37,400 bases of DNA from a bacterium (GCA_046331705.1 JAXLQJ010000069.1:1-37400), one strand, 5' to 3'. Shown: positions 1 through 9,765, numbered from the stretch's first letter. The notes: generated by a model not told the origin, from the sequence alone. Numbers and translations are program-made.

Positions 1-127
1 CGGAACCGTGGACGAGGGCTCGGGCGGCGGCTGCGACGTGGGCGGCTCGTCGAGTCCGGTGGGAAGCGCGCTAGCCGTGTGCGTCGGCGCGCTCGCGCAC
101 TGGGCGCGGCGGCGCCGCACGACGTGA
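1..127 (+). CDS. C-terminal end of a MYXO-CTERM sorted surface protein (5' partial)
   Basis: Frame from base 2 reads GTVDEGSGGGCDVGGSSSPVGSALAVCVGALAHWARRRRTT-stop (TGA 125-127): Gly-rich GGGC, hydrophobic stretch, Arg cluster. Not in the ORF track. Confidence 0.75.
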   Translation, partial: GTVDEGSGGGCDVGGSSSPVGSALAVCVGALAHWARRRRTT

Positions 128-153
128 TTCGAGGTACGACGCGCGCATTCGCG

Positions 154-783
154 CTACGAGCGCGGCGCGGGCGACGAGCCAGGCCGACACGGCATGCGGG
201 CGCTCGCCTGACACGCGCGCTGCCAGTCGCGAATGCTGGCCAGCGCCTCGGCACGCATCTGCTGGACCTCCGACACCAGGAGCGCAAGCGTGCCAGCAGG
301 ACCGCAGATCCCCTCGAGCACCGAGGCGTCCACGAACGTGAGCGGCTCCGCTCGCCGCCCACCGCCGGCGACACGCCGCGCCAGCTCCTCGCGTAGACCG
401 GCGATCTCGACCACCACGCCGTGAACCGCCTGTGCGCGGCGCGGCGCGGCGGCCGCACAGGCTTCCTGTGCGGCGGCGGCACGACTCAGCAGCTCGTCGA
501 GGATCAGTTCCAGGAACGGGATGCCGACGTTCTCGTCGCTACCCCGGCAAGCCCACACCGTGCTCACGTCGAGCTCGGGGTGATCGATGCCGGCGGCGAT
601 CCGCTCACCGCGCAGGATCTCGACGGGCCGCCGCCCGTCGAGGGCACGACTGCGAGCCGTGATCAGAAGCCGGCGCAGGTAACGGAACGGAGCCATGTCG
701 ATCGCCAGTAACGAACGCGCCAGCGCATCGCACGACGTCGCATGCACGATGTGGTCGAGCGCCACGGAGGGATGCGCGCTCAT
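154..783 (-). CDS. hypothetical protein (209 aa)
   Basis: From ATG at 783 (MSAHPSV...), codons are G/C-ending and composition looks like a helical protein. The upstream part of the 297-aa ORF looks non-coding. Confidence 0.5.
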   Translation of the reverse strand: MSAHPSVALDHIVHATSCDALARSLLAIDMAPFRYLRRLLITARSRALDGRRPVEILRGERIAAGIDHPELDVSTVWACRGSDENVGIPFLELILDELLSRAAAAQEACAAAAPRRAQAVHGVVVEIAGLREELARRVAGGGRRAEPLTFVDASVLEGICGPAGTLALLVSEVQQMRAEALASIRDWQRACQASARMPCRPGSSPAPRS

Positions 784-847
784 GACGCCGAACCCGCGCG
801 GCGAGGCCGCGTCCCGCGGCTGCGCGCCAACGCGAGCGGAAACGCGC

Positions 848-1099
848 TCACCGGCTACCCGGTCCCATGCCCACGCGCCGCACGATGGCATCCGCGCCGG
901 CGCCGCGCGCCAACCAGATGCGGTAGCCGTGCGGATCGTGATGAGGACACGGCGCGCAACGGGCGCGAGGGTGGCCGTCACGGTCCGTTCGGGTGGGACG
1001 AACTCCCGTGCCCGCACAGTCCGCGCATGCGCTGCGCGCCCCCCCACACTCGCACGGGAAGAGCGGCAGGCGAGGTCCCGTCGGGCAGTCGCAGCTCAC
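848..1099 (-). CDS. small Cys-rich, putative zinc-binding protein (83 aa)
   Basis: GTG start overlaps the REC gene stop (GTGA); 8 Cys arranged as CxC, CxC, CxxCxGxG, CxxC followed by PHH. Confidence 0.4.
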   Translation of the reverse strand: MSCDCPTGPRLPLFPCECGGARSACADCAGTGVRPTRTDRDGHPRARCAPCPHHDPHGYRIWLARGAGADAIVRRVGMGPGSR

Positions 1100-1551
1100 G
1101 GTGTCATCCGCTCGTCGCGCGTGGGCGGCTCGACGGCGTGTCCACGCCCGCCGAGCACCGCTTCGATGCAGCCGAGAAGATCGCCGAGGCCCATGGGCTT
1201 CGCGAGAAACGCGGTGCCTCCGGCTTGCCGCACCTCGAGGGGTGCCGCGAATCCGTCGACGCCTTGGGCGGCCGACATGGCCACGAGGCGGGCGCGCGGG
1301 GACTCGGCTCGAATCTCGCGCATCAGGGTCAACCCGTCCTTGCCCCGCAGCTCGAGGTCCACCAGGACGACGTCGAAGCGATGTTCGCGGCAGGCCCGGA
1401 GCACATCCACGCCGTCGCTCGCCTCGTGGACCTCGAAGCCCGATCTGCGCAGCGCCACGCCCAACATCGTCCGGACGCTCGGATCGCCGTCGACGACCAG
1501 CACGCGTCGCGATTCGCGAGTCAGATATGGCCGCTCCAACGGGGTTCGCAT
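1096..1551 (-). CDS. single-domain response regulator (REC)
   Basis: VLVVDGD, DVVLVDLEL (phosphoacceptor Asp), VAMSA and FLAKP motifs. Confidence 0.9.
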   Translation of the reverse strand: MRTPLERPYLTRESRRVLVVDGDPSVRTMLGVALRRSGFEVHEASDGVDVLRACREHRFDVVLVDLELRGKDGLTLMREIRAESPRARLVAMSAAQGVDGFAAPLEVRQAGGTAFLAKPMGLGDLLGCIEAVLGGRGHAVEPPTRDERMTP

Positions 1552-1765
1552 GGGCTCGGATCTCGACCGCGGCGACCTGGCTCGTCCTCCGCCGCGAGCG
1601 AGGGTTCGTCGCGGCGCGTCAAGACTTTCATCCGGCGTCGCCGACGGGCGATCGGGCGCTGCCCCGATCTCGTGTCAGGGCGGACCTGACACGACGAGCG
1701 CTGCGGGATGCGTGGCTATACTCGGGCGCGACCGCCCTGCCCGACCGCTCGCGGCGCACGCGCTC

Positions 1766-3979
1766 ATGGCACCCAAGGCGACCTCGCGCACCACGCGCGC
1801 GTCGAAACCGCGGCGGCGGCCAGCCCCCACGCGGAACCCGCCGACCGTCCTCCGGACCAAGCCGCGGGGCGAGGGGGACGCGCGCTTCCAGGCGATCTAC
1901 GAGAACGCAGCCACCGCCATCGGGATCACGGACCTGAGCGGAACGTTCGAGCACTGCAATCCCGCCTTCTGCGCGATGATCGGGTACTCCGAGGCGCAGC
2001 TGAGGCGACTCCGTTTCCGGTCGCTGATCCACCCCGACGATCGTGCGGCCAACCTGGTCGAGGTGCGCAAGCTGCTGGACGGCGAGATCCCTTCCTTCGT
2101 GATCGAGAATCGCTACGTCCACCGAGACGGGCGCCCCATCTGGGTCCGAAAATTCGTCTCCACGCTCCCCGACTCCGCGGGGCGGCCCGCGCACCTCCTG
2201 GCCCTCGCCACGGACATCTCGGAGCGCCGCCAGACCGAGGACGCGCTGCGTGCCGGCGAGGCGCGGCTGCGATTCGCGCTGCGCGCCGCTGGCGGCGGCG
2301 CTTGGGATTGGGATCTCACCCGGGACGATGCGTGGTGGTCGGACGAGATGTTCGAGCTGTGGGGAATCGCGCCGCGTGCGCGCGTCTCGACGGCGGCCGC
2401 CATCGAGTCCATCGTGCCCCAGGACCAGGAGCGGCTACGGGCGTGCATCGCGGACGCCCTCGCGCGTCGAAGCCACCTGCACTGCGAGTTCCGCGTCCGT
2501 CATCCCACGCTCGGCGAGCGCTGGATGGCGACGTTCGGCCGCCCGGTGGCGGACGCGGGCGGCGAGCCGGCGCGGATGCTCGGCATCACGTTGGACGTAC
2601 ACGCACGCAAGCACGCCGAGGCCGAGGCGCGCGAGAGCGAGCGGCGGCTCCAGGCCTTCCTCGAGAACAGCGCGGTGGTCGCCTGGATGAAGGACGAGGC
2701 CGGGCGCTACGTGTTCCTGAACCGCATCCTCCAGGAACGTCTCGGCGTGCACTTCCCGGACTGGGTCGGAAAGACCGACCTGGACCTCTTCCCGCCCGAG
2801 ATCGCCGAGCCGTTCCGACGGCACGACCAGGCGGTGATCGAAGCTCAGCAGGCGATCGAGGTCGTGGAGGAATCCCCTGCCCCGGATGGCGGGATCACCA
2901 CGTGGCTGACCAACAAATTCCCGTTTCACGCGGAAGACGGCACGCGCTTCGTCGGCGGATTGGCGGTCGACATCAGTGAGCGCGTGCGCGCCGAAGCGAG
3001 CCTGCGCGATCGCGAGGCCCAGCTGCGCGCGGTCCTCGATGCGGCCACCGACGCGATCGTCACCGTCGAGCCCGACGGCACCATCGACTCCGTCAACCCG
3101 GCGACCGAGCGCTTGTTCGGCTATGGCGCCGCCGAGTTGCTGGGACGGAATCTGTCGCTGCTCTTGGCCGAGCGTTTCCCGCGGGGCAGCGCCGCGGCGC
3201 CCGTGCCGCGCGGCGTCGCGCGCGAGATCGTGGGCAGGCGCAAGGATGGGTCGCCGGTGCCGATCGCGCTCACCACGGCATCGATGCGCGAGCACCACAC
3301 GTTCGTCGCCAACCTGCACGATCTCAGCCGCCGCAAGGCGCTCGAGTCCGAGGTCCTCGAGATCTCGGCGCTCGAGCAGGGACGAATCGGACAGGAGCTC
3401 CACGACGAGCTCGGCCAAGAGCTCACGGGTATCGGATTGCTCTCGAGCGCGCTCGCCAAGCGCCTCGCCGGGCGCGAGGAGGGCGAGCTCGCCGCCAAGC
3501 TCGTCGCGAGCCTGGGTCGGGCGCGCAAGACGGTGCGCGCCCTCGCCCACGGCCTGGTGCCGATGCGCGTCGAGCCGCAGACCCTCGGCGACGCGCTCGC
3601 CAGCCTGGTGGATCGGGTGCGCGACCAGAGCGGCGTCGACTGCACGTTCGAGGGTGCACCGGCCGCGATCGTGGCGGATGGGATCGCGGCGACTCACCTC
3701 TTCAACATCGCCCGCGAGGCCCTTCACAACGCGATCCGTCACGCGGACGCGAAGCACGTTCGGGTGACGCTCTGGCACGAGGACGGCGCCGTGACGCTGA
3801 TCGTCGCGGACGATGGGCGCGGGCTGCCGCCGGATGCCGGTGAGAGCGCGGGCGGGCTCGGGCTGCGGCTGATGCGCAATCGTGCCGGGCTGATCGGAGC
3901 GCGGCTCACGCTCCAGTCCGAGCGCGGCAAGGGCACGCGCGTCGCGTGCACGCTCGCCACGGCGGCCAGCGGTGGCTGA
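1766..3979 (+). CDS. multi-PAS sensor histidine kinase, HisKA_3 (NarX/UhpB type)
   Basis: Four PAS/PAC repeats (NPAFCAMIGYS..IHPDD, WDWD..WWSDEM, AWMKD..GKTD, VNPATERLFGY); H-box IGQELHDELGQEL; EALHNAIRHA, DDGRG, GLGL. No TM segment. Start placed at MAPKAT. Confidence 0.93.
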   Translation: MAPKATSRTTRASKPRRRPAPTRNPPTVLRTKPRGEGDARFQAIYENAATAIGITDLSGTFEHCNPAFCAMIGYSEAQLRRLRFRSLIHPDDRAANLVEVRKLLDGEIPSFVIENRYVHRDGRPIWVRKFVSTLPDSAGRPAHLLALATDISERRQTEDALRAGEARLRFALRAAGGGAWDWDLTRDDAWWSDEMFELWGIAPRARVSTAAAIESIVPQDQERLRACIADALARRSHLHCEFRVRHPTLGERWMATFGRPVADAGGEPARMLGITLDVHARKHAEAEARESERRLQAFLENSAVVAWMKDEAGRYVFLNRILQERLGVHFPDWVGKTDLDLFPPEIAEPFRRHDQAVIEAQQAIEVVEESPAPDGGITTWLTNKFPFHAEDGTRFVGGLAVDISERVRAEASLRDREAQLRAVLDAATDAIVTVEPDGTIDSVNPATERLFGYGAAELLGRNLSLLLAERFPRGSAAAPVPRGVAREIVGRRKDGSPVPIALTTASMREHHTFVANLHDLSRRKALESEVLEISALEQGRIGQELHDELGQELTGIGLLSSALAKRLAGREEGELAAKLVASLGRARKTVRALAHGLVPMRVEPQTLGDALASLVDRVRDQSGVDCTFEGAPAAIVADGIAATHLFNIAREALHNAIRHADAKHVRVTLWHEDGAVTLIVADDGRGLPPDAGESAGGLGLRLMRNRAGLIGARLTLQSERGKGTRVACTLATAASGG

Positions 3980-4658
3980 GCCGGGGAAGGCGCGCGCCGC
4001 GCGCCAGCCGACGCGCCGGCGGATCCTGGTGGTCGACGACCATCCCGTGGTGCGTGACGGCTTGGCGGCGGAGGTCGCGACCGAGCCAGACTTGGTGGTC
4101 TCGAGCGCCACCGGTGATCCCGCCGAGGCGCTCACGCTGATCGCTTCCCAGCAGCCGGACCTGGCCGTCGTCGACATCAGCCTCGCCAAGCGCAGCGGCT
4201 TGGATCTCATTCGACAGATCCGCGCGCAGGGCCACACCGTCAAGATCCTGGTGTGGTCGATGCACCCGGAGTCGCTCTACGCGGAGCGCGCGCTGCGCGC
4301 GGGTGCGCAGGGCTACATCGAGAAGAGCTGCGGTCCCGAGGAGGTGCTCGGCGCCATCCGCTCCGTGCTCGCCGGCAAGGTCTACGCGAGCTCCGCCATC
4401 ACGGAACGGGTGCTCAAGCGCCTGGGAAGCGGGCCTCGTCGGGACGAGCGATCGGGAGTCGAAACCCTCTCCGATCGCGAGCTTCACGCCTTCGAGCTGA
4501 TGGGGGCCGGGCTCTCGACCGTCGAGATCGCGCGCCGAATGTGCCTCAGCGTGAAGACCGTCGAGACCTACCGGGCGCGCATCAAGGGCAAGCTCGGCCT
4601 CGCGACCTTCCCCGAGGTGATCCAGCACGCCACGGCCTGGTTGCTCGAGCAACGCTGA
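3972..4658 (+). CDS. NarL/LuxR-family DNA-binding response regulator
   Basis: ILVVDDHPVVR, AVVDISL, LSDRE...IARRMCLSVKTVETYRARIKGKL; overlaps the kinase stop. Confidence 0.95.
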   Translation: MAEPGKARAARQPTRRRILVVDDHPVVRDGLAAEVATEPDLVVSSATGDPAEALTLIASQQPDLAVVDISLAKRSGLDLIRQIRAQGHTVKILVWSMHPESLYAERALRAGAQGYIEKSCGPEEVLGAIRSVLAGKVYASSAITERVLKRLGSGPRRDERSGVETLSDRELHAFELMGAGLSTVEIARRMCLSVKTVETYRARIKGKLGLATFPEVIQHATAWLLEQR

Positions 4659-4687
4659 AGCGTCGCTCGCCGCCACCACGACCGGTC

Positions 4688-6154
4688 TCACGCGAGCGGC
4701 GGCAGCGGCGCGGCGGCGCGAGCAGCATCGGCACCGTGAGCGACCTCGCGCAGCGTCGCGATCGCCTCGCGCGGCCACGCACCGAGCGCGACCAGCGCTG
4801 CCGCATACGCCGCGACGCCGGCGCCGGCGCGGATCAGCACGGGTCCGGGCACGTACCACGCGACGAGCCCGCTCACGGCGCTCGCCACGAGCACGCCGGG
4901 CCGTAGCACCCGCCACGGACCCTCGAGGCCGAGCTCGCGACCGGCGATCCGCGAATACGCGACCAGCCCCGCTGCTTGCGTGGCGAGCATCACCGACGCG
5001 GCGCCCCGCGTTCCAAACCACGGATCGACCATCAGATTGAGCAGGATGTTGCCAGCGGCGAGCGCCGCCGTGATGCGCGAGAGCTCGACCGTGCGGCCCA
5101 GCGCCAAGAGCGAAGCGCTCGGCACGTACGACACGAAGATCACCGCCCCCACCACCATCCAGATGGCGGCGAAGGGACGCGCCGCGGCCGCGTAATCCGC
5201 GGGATAGAGCAGCGCCACGCCGGCATCGGCCAGCACCGCGCCGCCCACCGCCAGCGGCACGGCGAGCGTCACGAGCACCACCAGCGTCTCGCGGTAGATG
5301 CGCCGCGCGCGCTCGCGGTCGCGGCCCGCGATGGCGGGAAACGCGGCACTCGCAAGCGCCGCCGGCAGCACCGCGAACGCAAGCGGGACTCGCGAGACGG
5401 CCTCGTACACGCCGACCTCGGCGCGCCCGGCGAATCTCCACAGCACCACCCGATCGCCCACCAGGTAGATCATCGAGGCGAGCGCCGAGAGGCTCGGCAG
5501 CCACGCCTGACGCGCCAGCAGCAGCGCGAGACGCGCGTCGAAGCGCGGCACCACGCGCCGAAAGCGCGCCCGATGGACGCCGACGGTGAATCCCGCCTGC
5601 ACCACCTCGGCGACACCATGAACCAAGCCCGCTGCCACCAACGGCCCGTGGGCGAGCCACAAGAGCGCGCCACCGAGCGCCAGCGTGGTCGAGCGCCCGA
5701 GATCGAGCAGCCCCTTCCACACGAATTGCTCGTGCGCCGCGAACACCGCGCTCAACGTGCGTCCGAAGCTGCCGAGCCACCAACCGCCGACCACCAGCCA
5801 CACCGCCCGTCGCGACGCCGAGTCCGGAACGAGCGCCGAGAGCACGGCCACGGCGACGAGGAGCCCGACGCTGCCGTAGAGCGCCTTGGCGACCAGCGCG
5901 GCGCCGAAGCGACGCGCCTCGCGACCGTGAGCGCGGGTGAGTGCCCGGACCACCATCGGATCGAGGCCACCGTCGCCGGGCTCGAAGCACATCGCGCCCA
6001 CCGAAAGCGCGAGCGAGATCACGCCGACGTCGGCGCGCGAGAGCACGTGGGTGAAGAGCCAGAACCCGACGAACGAGAGGAAGCGCGCGGACACACCGCC
6101 CGCGAGCAGCAGCGCGGCGTTGGTGGCGACCCCCGGGCCGCGGACGCGCCTCAT
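4688..6154 (-). CDS. oligosaccharide flippase (Wzx/PST family)
   Basis: Many TM segments; GDRVVLWRF..EVGVY and LNL..P.FG..GAA motifs; ATGA overlap with the upstream GT4 stop. Confidence 0.85.
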   Translation of the reverse strand: MRRVRGPGVATNAALLLAGGVSARFLSFVGFWLFTHVLSRADVGVISLALSVGAMCFEPGDGGLDPMVVRALTRAHGREARRFGAALVAKALYGSVGLLVAVAVLSALVPDSASRRAVWLVVGGWWLGSFGRTLSAVFAAHEQFVWKGLLDLGRSTTLALGGALLWLAHGPLVAAGLVHGVAEVVQAGFTVGVHRARFRRVVPRFDARLALLLARQAWLPSLSALASMIYLVGDRVVLWRFAGRAEVGVYEAVSRVPLAFAVLPAALASAAFPAIAGRDRERARRIYRETLVVLVTLAVPLAVGGAVLADAGVALLYPADYAAAARPFAAIWMVVGAVIFVSYVPSASLLALGRTVELSRITAALAAGNILLNLMVDPWFGTRGAASVMLATQAAGLVAYSRIAGRELGLEGPWRVLRPGVLVASAVSGLVAWYVPGPVLIRAGAGVAAYAAALVALGAWPREAIATLREVAHGADAARAAAPLPPLA

Positions 6155-7308
6155 GCGAGGGCCGCGTGGTACGCCGCGAGCGTCGCCTCGGCCGTGCGCT
6201 CCCAGGTGAACGAGGCGGAGCGCGCCGGTCCCGCGTCGCGCATCAGCTCGGCGAGCGGGTAGTCGGCGAGCACGCGCTCGACGCCCGCGGCGATCGAGGC
6301 TGGCTCGAGCGGATCGACGTACTCGACCGCGTCGCCGCCCACCTCGGGGATGCCACCGACTCGCGAGGCCACCACCGGAACACCGAGCGCCATCGCTTCG
6401 AGGACCGGCAAGCCGAAGCCCTCGAAGAGCGACGGAAACGCGAGCAGCGCGGCGCCGGCGTAGACGAGTGGCAACTCCTCGTCGCGAACGTGCGGCAGAA
6501 ACGCCACGCCGTGCGCGACACCCCGCGCCGCGGCTCGCGCGCGCAAGCTCCGCGCGTAGGTGTCCTGGGTGAGCAGCACCACGAGGGGGTGCGCCGCGCG
6601 CAGCGCGAACGGCAGCTCGGCGTAGGCATCGACGAGACGATGTGCGTTCTTGCGCGGATCGATCGACGAGATCCCGAGGACGTAGCCGGGTCGGAGCCCG
6701 CGCGTCTCGACGAATCGCGCCACCTCCGCCTTCGACGGGCGGGCGCGAAAGCGCGGTGCCACCGCCAGCGGCGCCACCGAGATCCGCTCGGCGGGCACGC
6801 CGAGAAGCTCGACCAGATCCCGCCGCGTCGCCTCGCTCGAGGCAACCAGCCGCCGTGCGCGCACCAGGCTCGCGGGGATCGCGCGACGATGCCAGCGCTT
6901 CCGCACGCGAAACCGCAAGCCGCGCATGCGTACCCCGTAGTCGAGCGCGGAGGACCGGACGCAGAGCAGGTCGTGGACGCTCACCACGTCCGGCGCCACC
7001 TGCATCAGGCTGCCGCTGCCGAGTGGGAAGTGGAGGACGTCCACGCCATCGCGGCGCGCGGCGCGCGGCAGCCAGACCTGCCGGAATCCTCCTGGCACTC
7101 GCGCGAGCCAGTCGTCGCCCACGTCGCGGATCCCGACACGCTCGCCAGCTGCGCCCTCGATCCGCGGCGGCTCGCGGCCGTAGACGATCAACCGATGATC
7201 GCCGGGCAAGCGAGCCAGCGCTGCGATCAGCTCGCGCCGATACACCGCGAGCCCGCCGTGGTCCGCGGGCGGGAAGAGCCCGGCGTCGATCCCGATCGTG
7301 AGCGACAT
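6151..7308 (-). CDS. glycosyltransferase family 4 (mannosyltransferase-like)
   Basis: IGIDA, PRKN, FPSLFEGFGLPVLEAMALG (E-x7-E), FTWERTA. Start at MSLTIG; an upstream GTG at 7431 is possible. Confidence 0.92.
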   Translation of the reverse strand: MSLTIGIDAGLFPPADHGGLAVYRRELIAALARLPGDHRLIVYGREPPRIEGAAGERVGIRDVGDDWLARVPGGFRQVWLPRAARRDGVDVLHFPLGSGSLMQVAPDVVSVHDLLCVRSSALDYGVRMRGLRFRVRKRWHRRAIPASLVRARRLVASSEATRRDLVELLGVPAERISVAPLAVAPRFRARPSKAEVARFVETRGLRPGYVLGISSIDPRKNAHRLVDAYAELPFALRAAHPLVVLLTQDTYARSLRARAAARGVAHGVAFLPHVRDEELPLVYAGAALLAFPSLFEGFGLPVLEAMALGVPVVASRVGGIPEVGGDAVEYVDPLEPASIAAGVERVLADYPLAELMRDAGPARSASFTWERTAEATLAAYHAALA

Positions 7309-7504
7309 GAGCCGCGCAGGTTGCCCCGCCCCGCCCCCTTCGGAAAGGGCCGATGGCTCGCGTCGCCGTGGAGCCGAGGCGGCTACGGCGACCTCGTCGG
7401 CTGCCGCGACCGATGCCGGCGCCTCGCGCACGGTTCGGCGGCGACGGAGCGAGGCCCTGCACCTCGTGCATGCACCGGGCGGGCCACCCGGTTCCCAGCT
7501 CGCC

Positions 7505-8641
7505 TCAGTCCAAGCTCTTTCGGAAACGCAGCGCGGCGAGGGTGATGGCGGCGGTGGCGAAGCAGACCAGCACCAGGGCTTGCGGCCACAGCGTCGCGAA
7601 GCCGGCGCCTTTCAAGAACACGCCGCGCACGATGATCGCGTAGTAGCGCAGCGGCACGGCGTAGGTCGCGAGCTGGATCGGGTGCGGCATGTTCTCGATC
7701 GGGAACACGAGACCCGAGAGGTAGATCATGGGCACCATGAACAGGAAGGTCGACGTGAGCATCGCCTGCTGCTGGGTGCGCACCAGCGTCGACGTGAGCA
7801 GCCCCAATCCCAGCGCGGTGAGGATGAACGGGATCGAGAGCAGCACCAGGGCCGCGAGGGTGCCCGTGAGCGGCACGTGGAAGAGGAATACCGAGAGCCC
7901 CGTCACGGCGAACAGATCGAGGATCGCGATGCCGAAGAAAGGCAGCAGCTTCGCGACCACCAGCTGCCACGGGCGCACGGGGGTCACGCTCAACTGCTCC
8001 AGCGTGCCGTTCTCCTTCTCGCGGACCACCGCCATCGAGGGCAGGATCATGGTCATGAGCAGGATGGTCATGGCCATGATCGCCGGCACGTAGAACCAGC
8101 GGCTCTTCAGGTCCGGGTTGAACCAGACGCGCGGCACGAGCTCGAGCTGTGGGATCGGCCGTGTGGAGGCCGTGGCGCCGGCGCGCATCCGCCGCTCGGT
8201 GACGGCTTCGGCACCCGCCGCGGCGAGGATGCGATTGGCGTAGCCGAGCCCCACCACGGCGGAGTTCGAGTCGGTGCCGTCGACGAGAAGTTGCACGCTG
8301 GCGCTGCGACCACCCACCAGGTCTCCGCCGAAGTCCGGTGCGATCACCAGCGCCAGGTCGGCCTTGCGTCGGATCAGCCACGGCTCGACGGTGCTGGTCG
8401 TGTCCTCGCTGCCGACCACGTCGAAGTAGCCGGAGGCCGTGAACCGATCCACGAGATCGCGGCTCGCGGGGCTTCGATCCTGATCCACCACCACGATCGG
8501 CACGTGCTTCACGTCGGTGTTGGCCGCGTACCCGAACGCCATCACCTGCATGATGGGCGCCATCAGCATCGCGCGCAGCATCGCGGTATCGCGCCGCAGC
8601 TGGGTGGCTTCCTTTCGGAGCACGTGACGAAAGACGCTCAT
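7505..8641 (-). CDS. ABC-2 transporter permease (YbhR-like)
   Basis: KEATQLRRD, VWFNPDL, VREKENGTLEQL, LSGLVFPIENMP, PLRYY. Confidence 0.93.
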   Translation of the reverse strand: MSVFRHVLRKEATQLRRDTAMLRAMLMAPIMQVMAFGYAANTDVKHVPIVVVDQDRSPASRDLVDRFTASGYFDVVGSEDTTSTVEPWLIRRKADLALVIAPDFGGDLVGGRSASVQLLVDGTDSNSAVVGLGYANRILAAAGAEAVTERRMRAGATASTRPIPQLELVPRVWFNPDLKSRWFYVPAIMAMTILLMTMILPSMAVVREKENGTLEQLSVTPVRPWQLVVAKLLPFFGIAILDLFAVTGLSVFLFHVPLTGTLAALVLLSIPFILTALGLGLLTSTLVRTQQQAMLTSTFLFMVPMIYLSGLVFPIENMPHPIQLATYAVPLRYYAIIVRGVFLKGAGFATLWPQALVLVCFATAAITLAALRFRKSLD

Positions 8642-9765
8642 CAGGTGGCCCTGCGGCTCAGCCGCTTGCTGGCGATGCCGAGCACGACGGTGGCGTAGAG
8701 CGCCAGGAAGCCGAGCTCTTCCAGGTACGGCCCCAGTCCCGCTCCCTTCAGGATCACGCCCCGGGCGATCACCAGGAAGTAGCGCGCCGGCACGGCGTAG
8801 GTCACGAGCTGAAGCGCGTGCGGCATGGCCCGGATCGAGAAGATGAAGCCCGACAGGAAGATCGCCGGCATCATCGAGGTGAGCGTCGAGATCTGGAACG
8901 CCATCGCCTGGTTGTCCACCAGCGTCGAGACCAGGAGCCCCCAGCCGAGCGCACCGATCAGGTAGAGCAGCGTCGCCGCGTAGAGCGACGCGTACGCGCC
9001 GCGGACCTGGACGTGGAAGAGCACTCGCGCCGCGATCAGGATGAGCGTGGTCGCGGCGAGCGAGATCACGAGGTAGGGAAGCAGCTTGCCGACGATCAGC
9101 TGGCCGCTCGACAGCGACGTCACGCGCAGCTGCTCCAGGGTGCCGCGCTCCTTCTCCCGCACCACGGAGAGCGCGGTCGAGATGACCGCCGTCAGCATCA
9201 GGATGAAACCGATGAGCCCCGGAACCAGGAACTGCGTGGACTTGAGCTCGGGGTTGTACCAAACGCGCGGCTCCACCCGGATCGCCGGCGTGAGACGTCG
9301 CCCGGAACCGTCCATCACGGCGCTCGCCAGCTCCGCGTTGAAGGCCGCCGAGACGGACGACGCGTAGCCGAGGAGCGTGGTCGCGGTGTTGGCGTTGGCG
9401 CCGTCGAGGACGAGCTGGATGGAAGGGCGGCGCCCGGCCGAGAGATCGGCGGCGAAGCGCTCCGGGATGACCAGCACCGCTTGGGCGTCGCGCCGCTGCG
9501 TCAGCGCCACGAGATCGGTGCCGGCGGGCAGATCCGCGGCGCGATCGAAGTAGCCGGACGCGACGAAGGTATCGACGAGCTCGCGGCTGACCCTCGACTT
9601 GTCGTCGTCCTCGATGGCCAGCGTCGCGTGCATCACGTCGAAGTTGAGCGCGTAGCCGTAGAGCAAGAGCATGAACGTGGGCAGGCCGAGGAGCATCGCG
9701 AGGGTGAGCGGATCGCGCCGCGCCTGCCGGAACTCCTTGTGCGCCACGGCCCAGATCTTCCTCAC
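8641..9765 (-). CDS. ABC-2 transporter permease (YbhS-like)
   Basis: KEFRQARRD, VWYNPEL, VREKERGTLEQL, LSGFIF. Confidence 0.93.
   Translation of the reverse strand: MRKIWAVAHKEFRQARRDPLTLAMLLGLPTFMLLLYGYALNFDVMHATLAIEDDDKSRVSRELVDTFVASGYFDRAADLPAGTDLVALTQRRDAQAVLVIPERFAADLSAGRRPSIQLVLDGANANTATTLLGYASSVSAAFNAELASAVMDGSGRRLTPAIRVEPRVWYNPELKSTQFLVPGLIGFILMLTAVISTALSVVREKERGTLEQLRVTSLSSGQLIVGKLLPYLVISLAATTLILIAARVLFHVQVRGAYASLYAATLLYLIGALGWGLLVSTLVDNQAMAFQISTLTSMMPAIFLSGFIFSIRAMPHALQLVTYAVPARYFLVIARGVILKGAGLGPYLEELGFLALYATVVLGIASKRLSRRAT

Noticed and set aside
154-783. Hemerythrin/RIC-like assignment
   Set aside because: Helical pattern only; the His and Glu iron-ligand motifs are not evident.
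695-1765. N-terminal 357-aa extension of the 1094-aa kinase ORF
   Set aside because: Arg/Ala/Ser-rich shadow translation antisense to the REC gene; domain content begins after ATG 1766.
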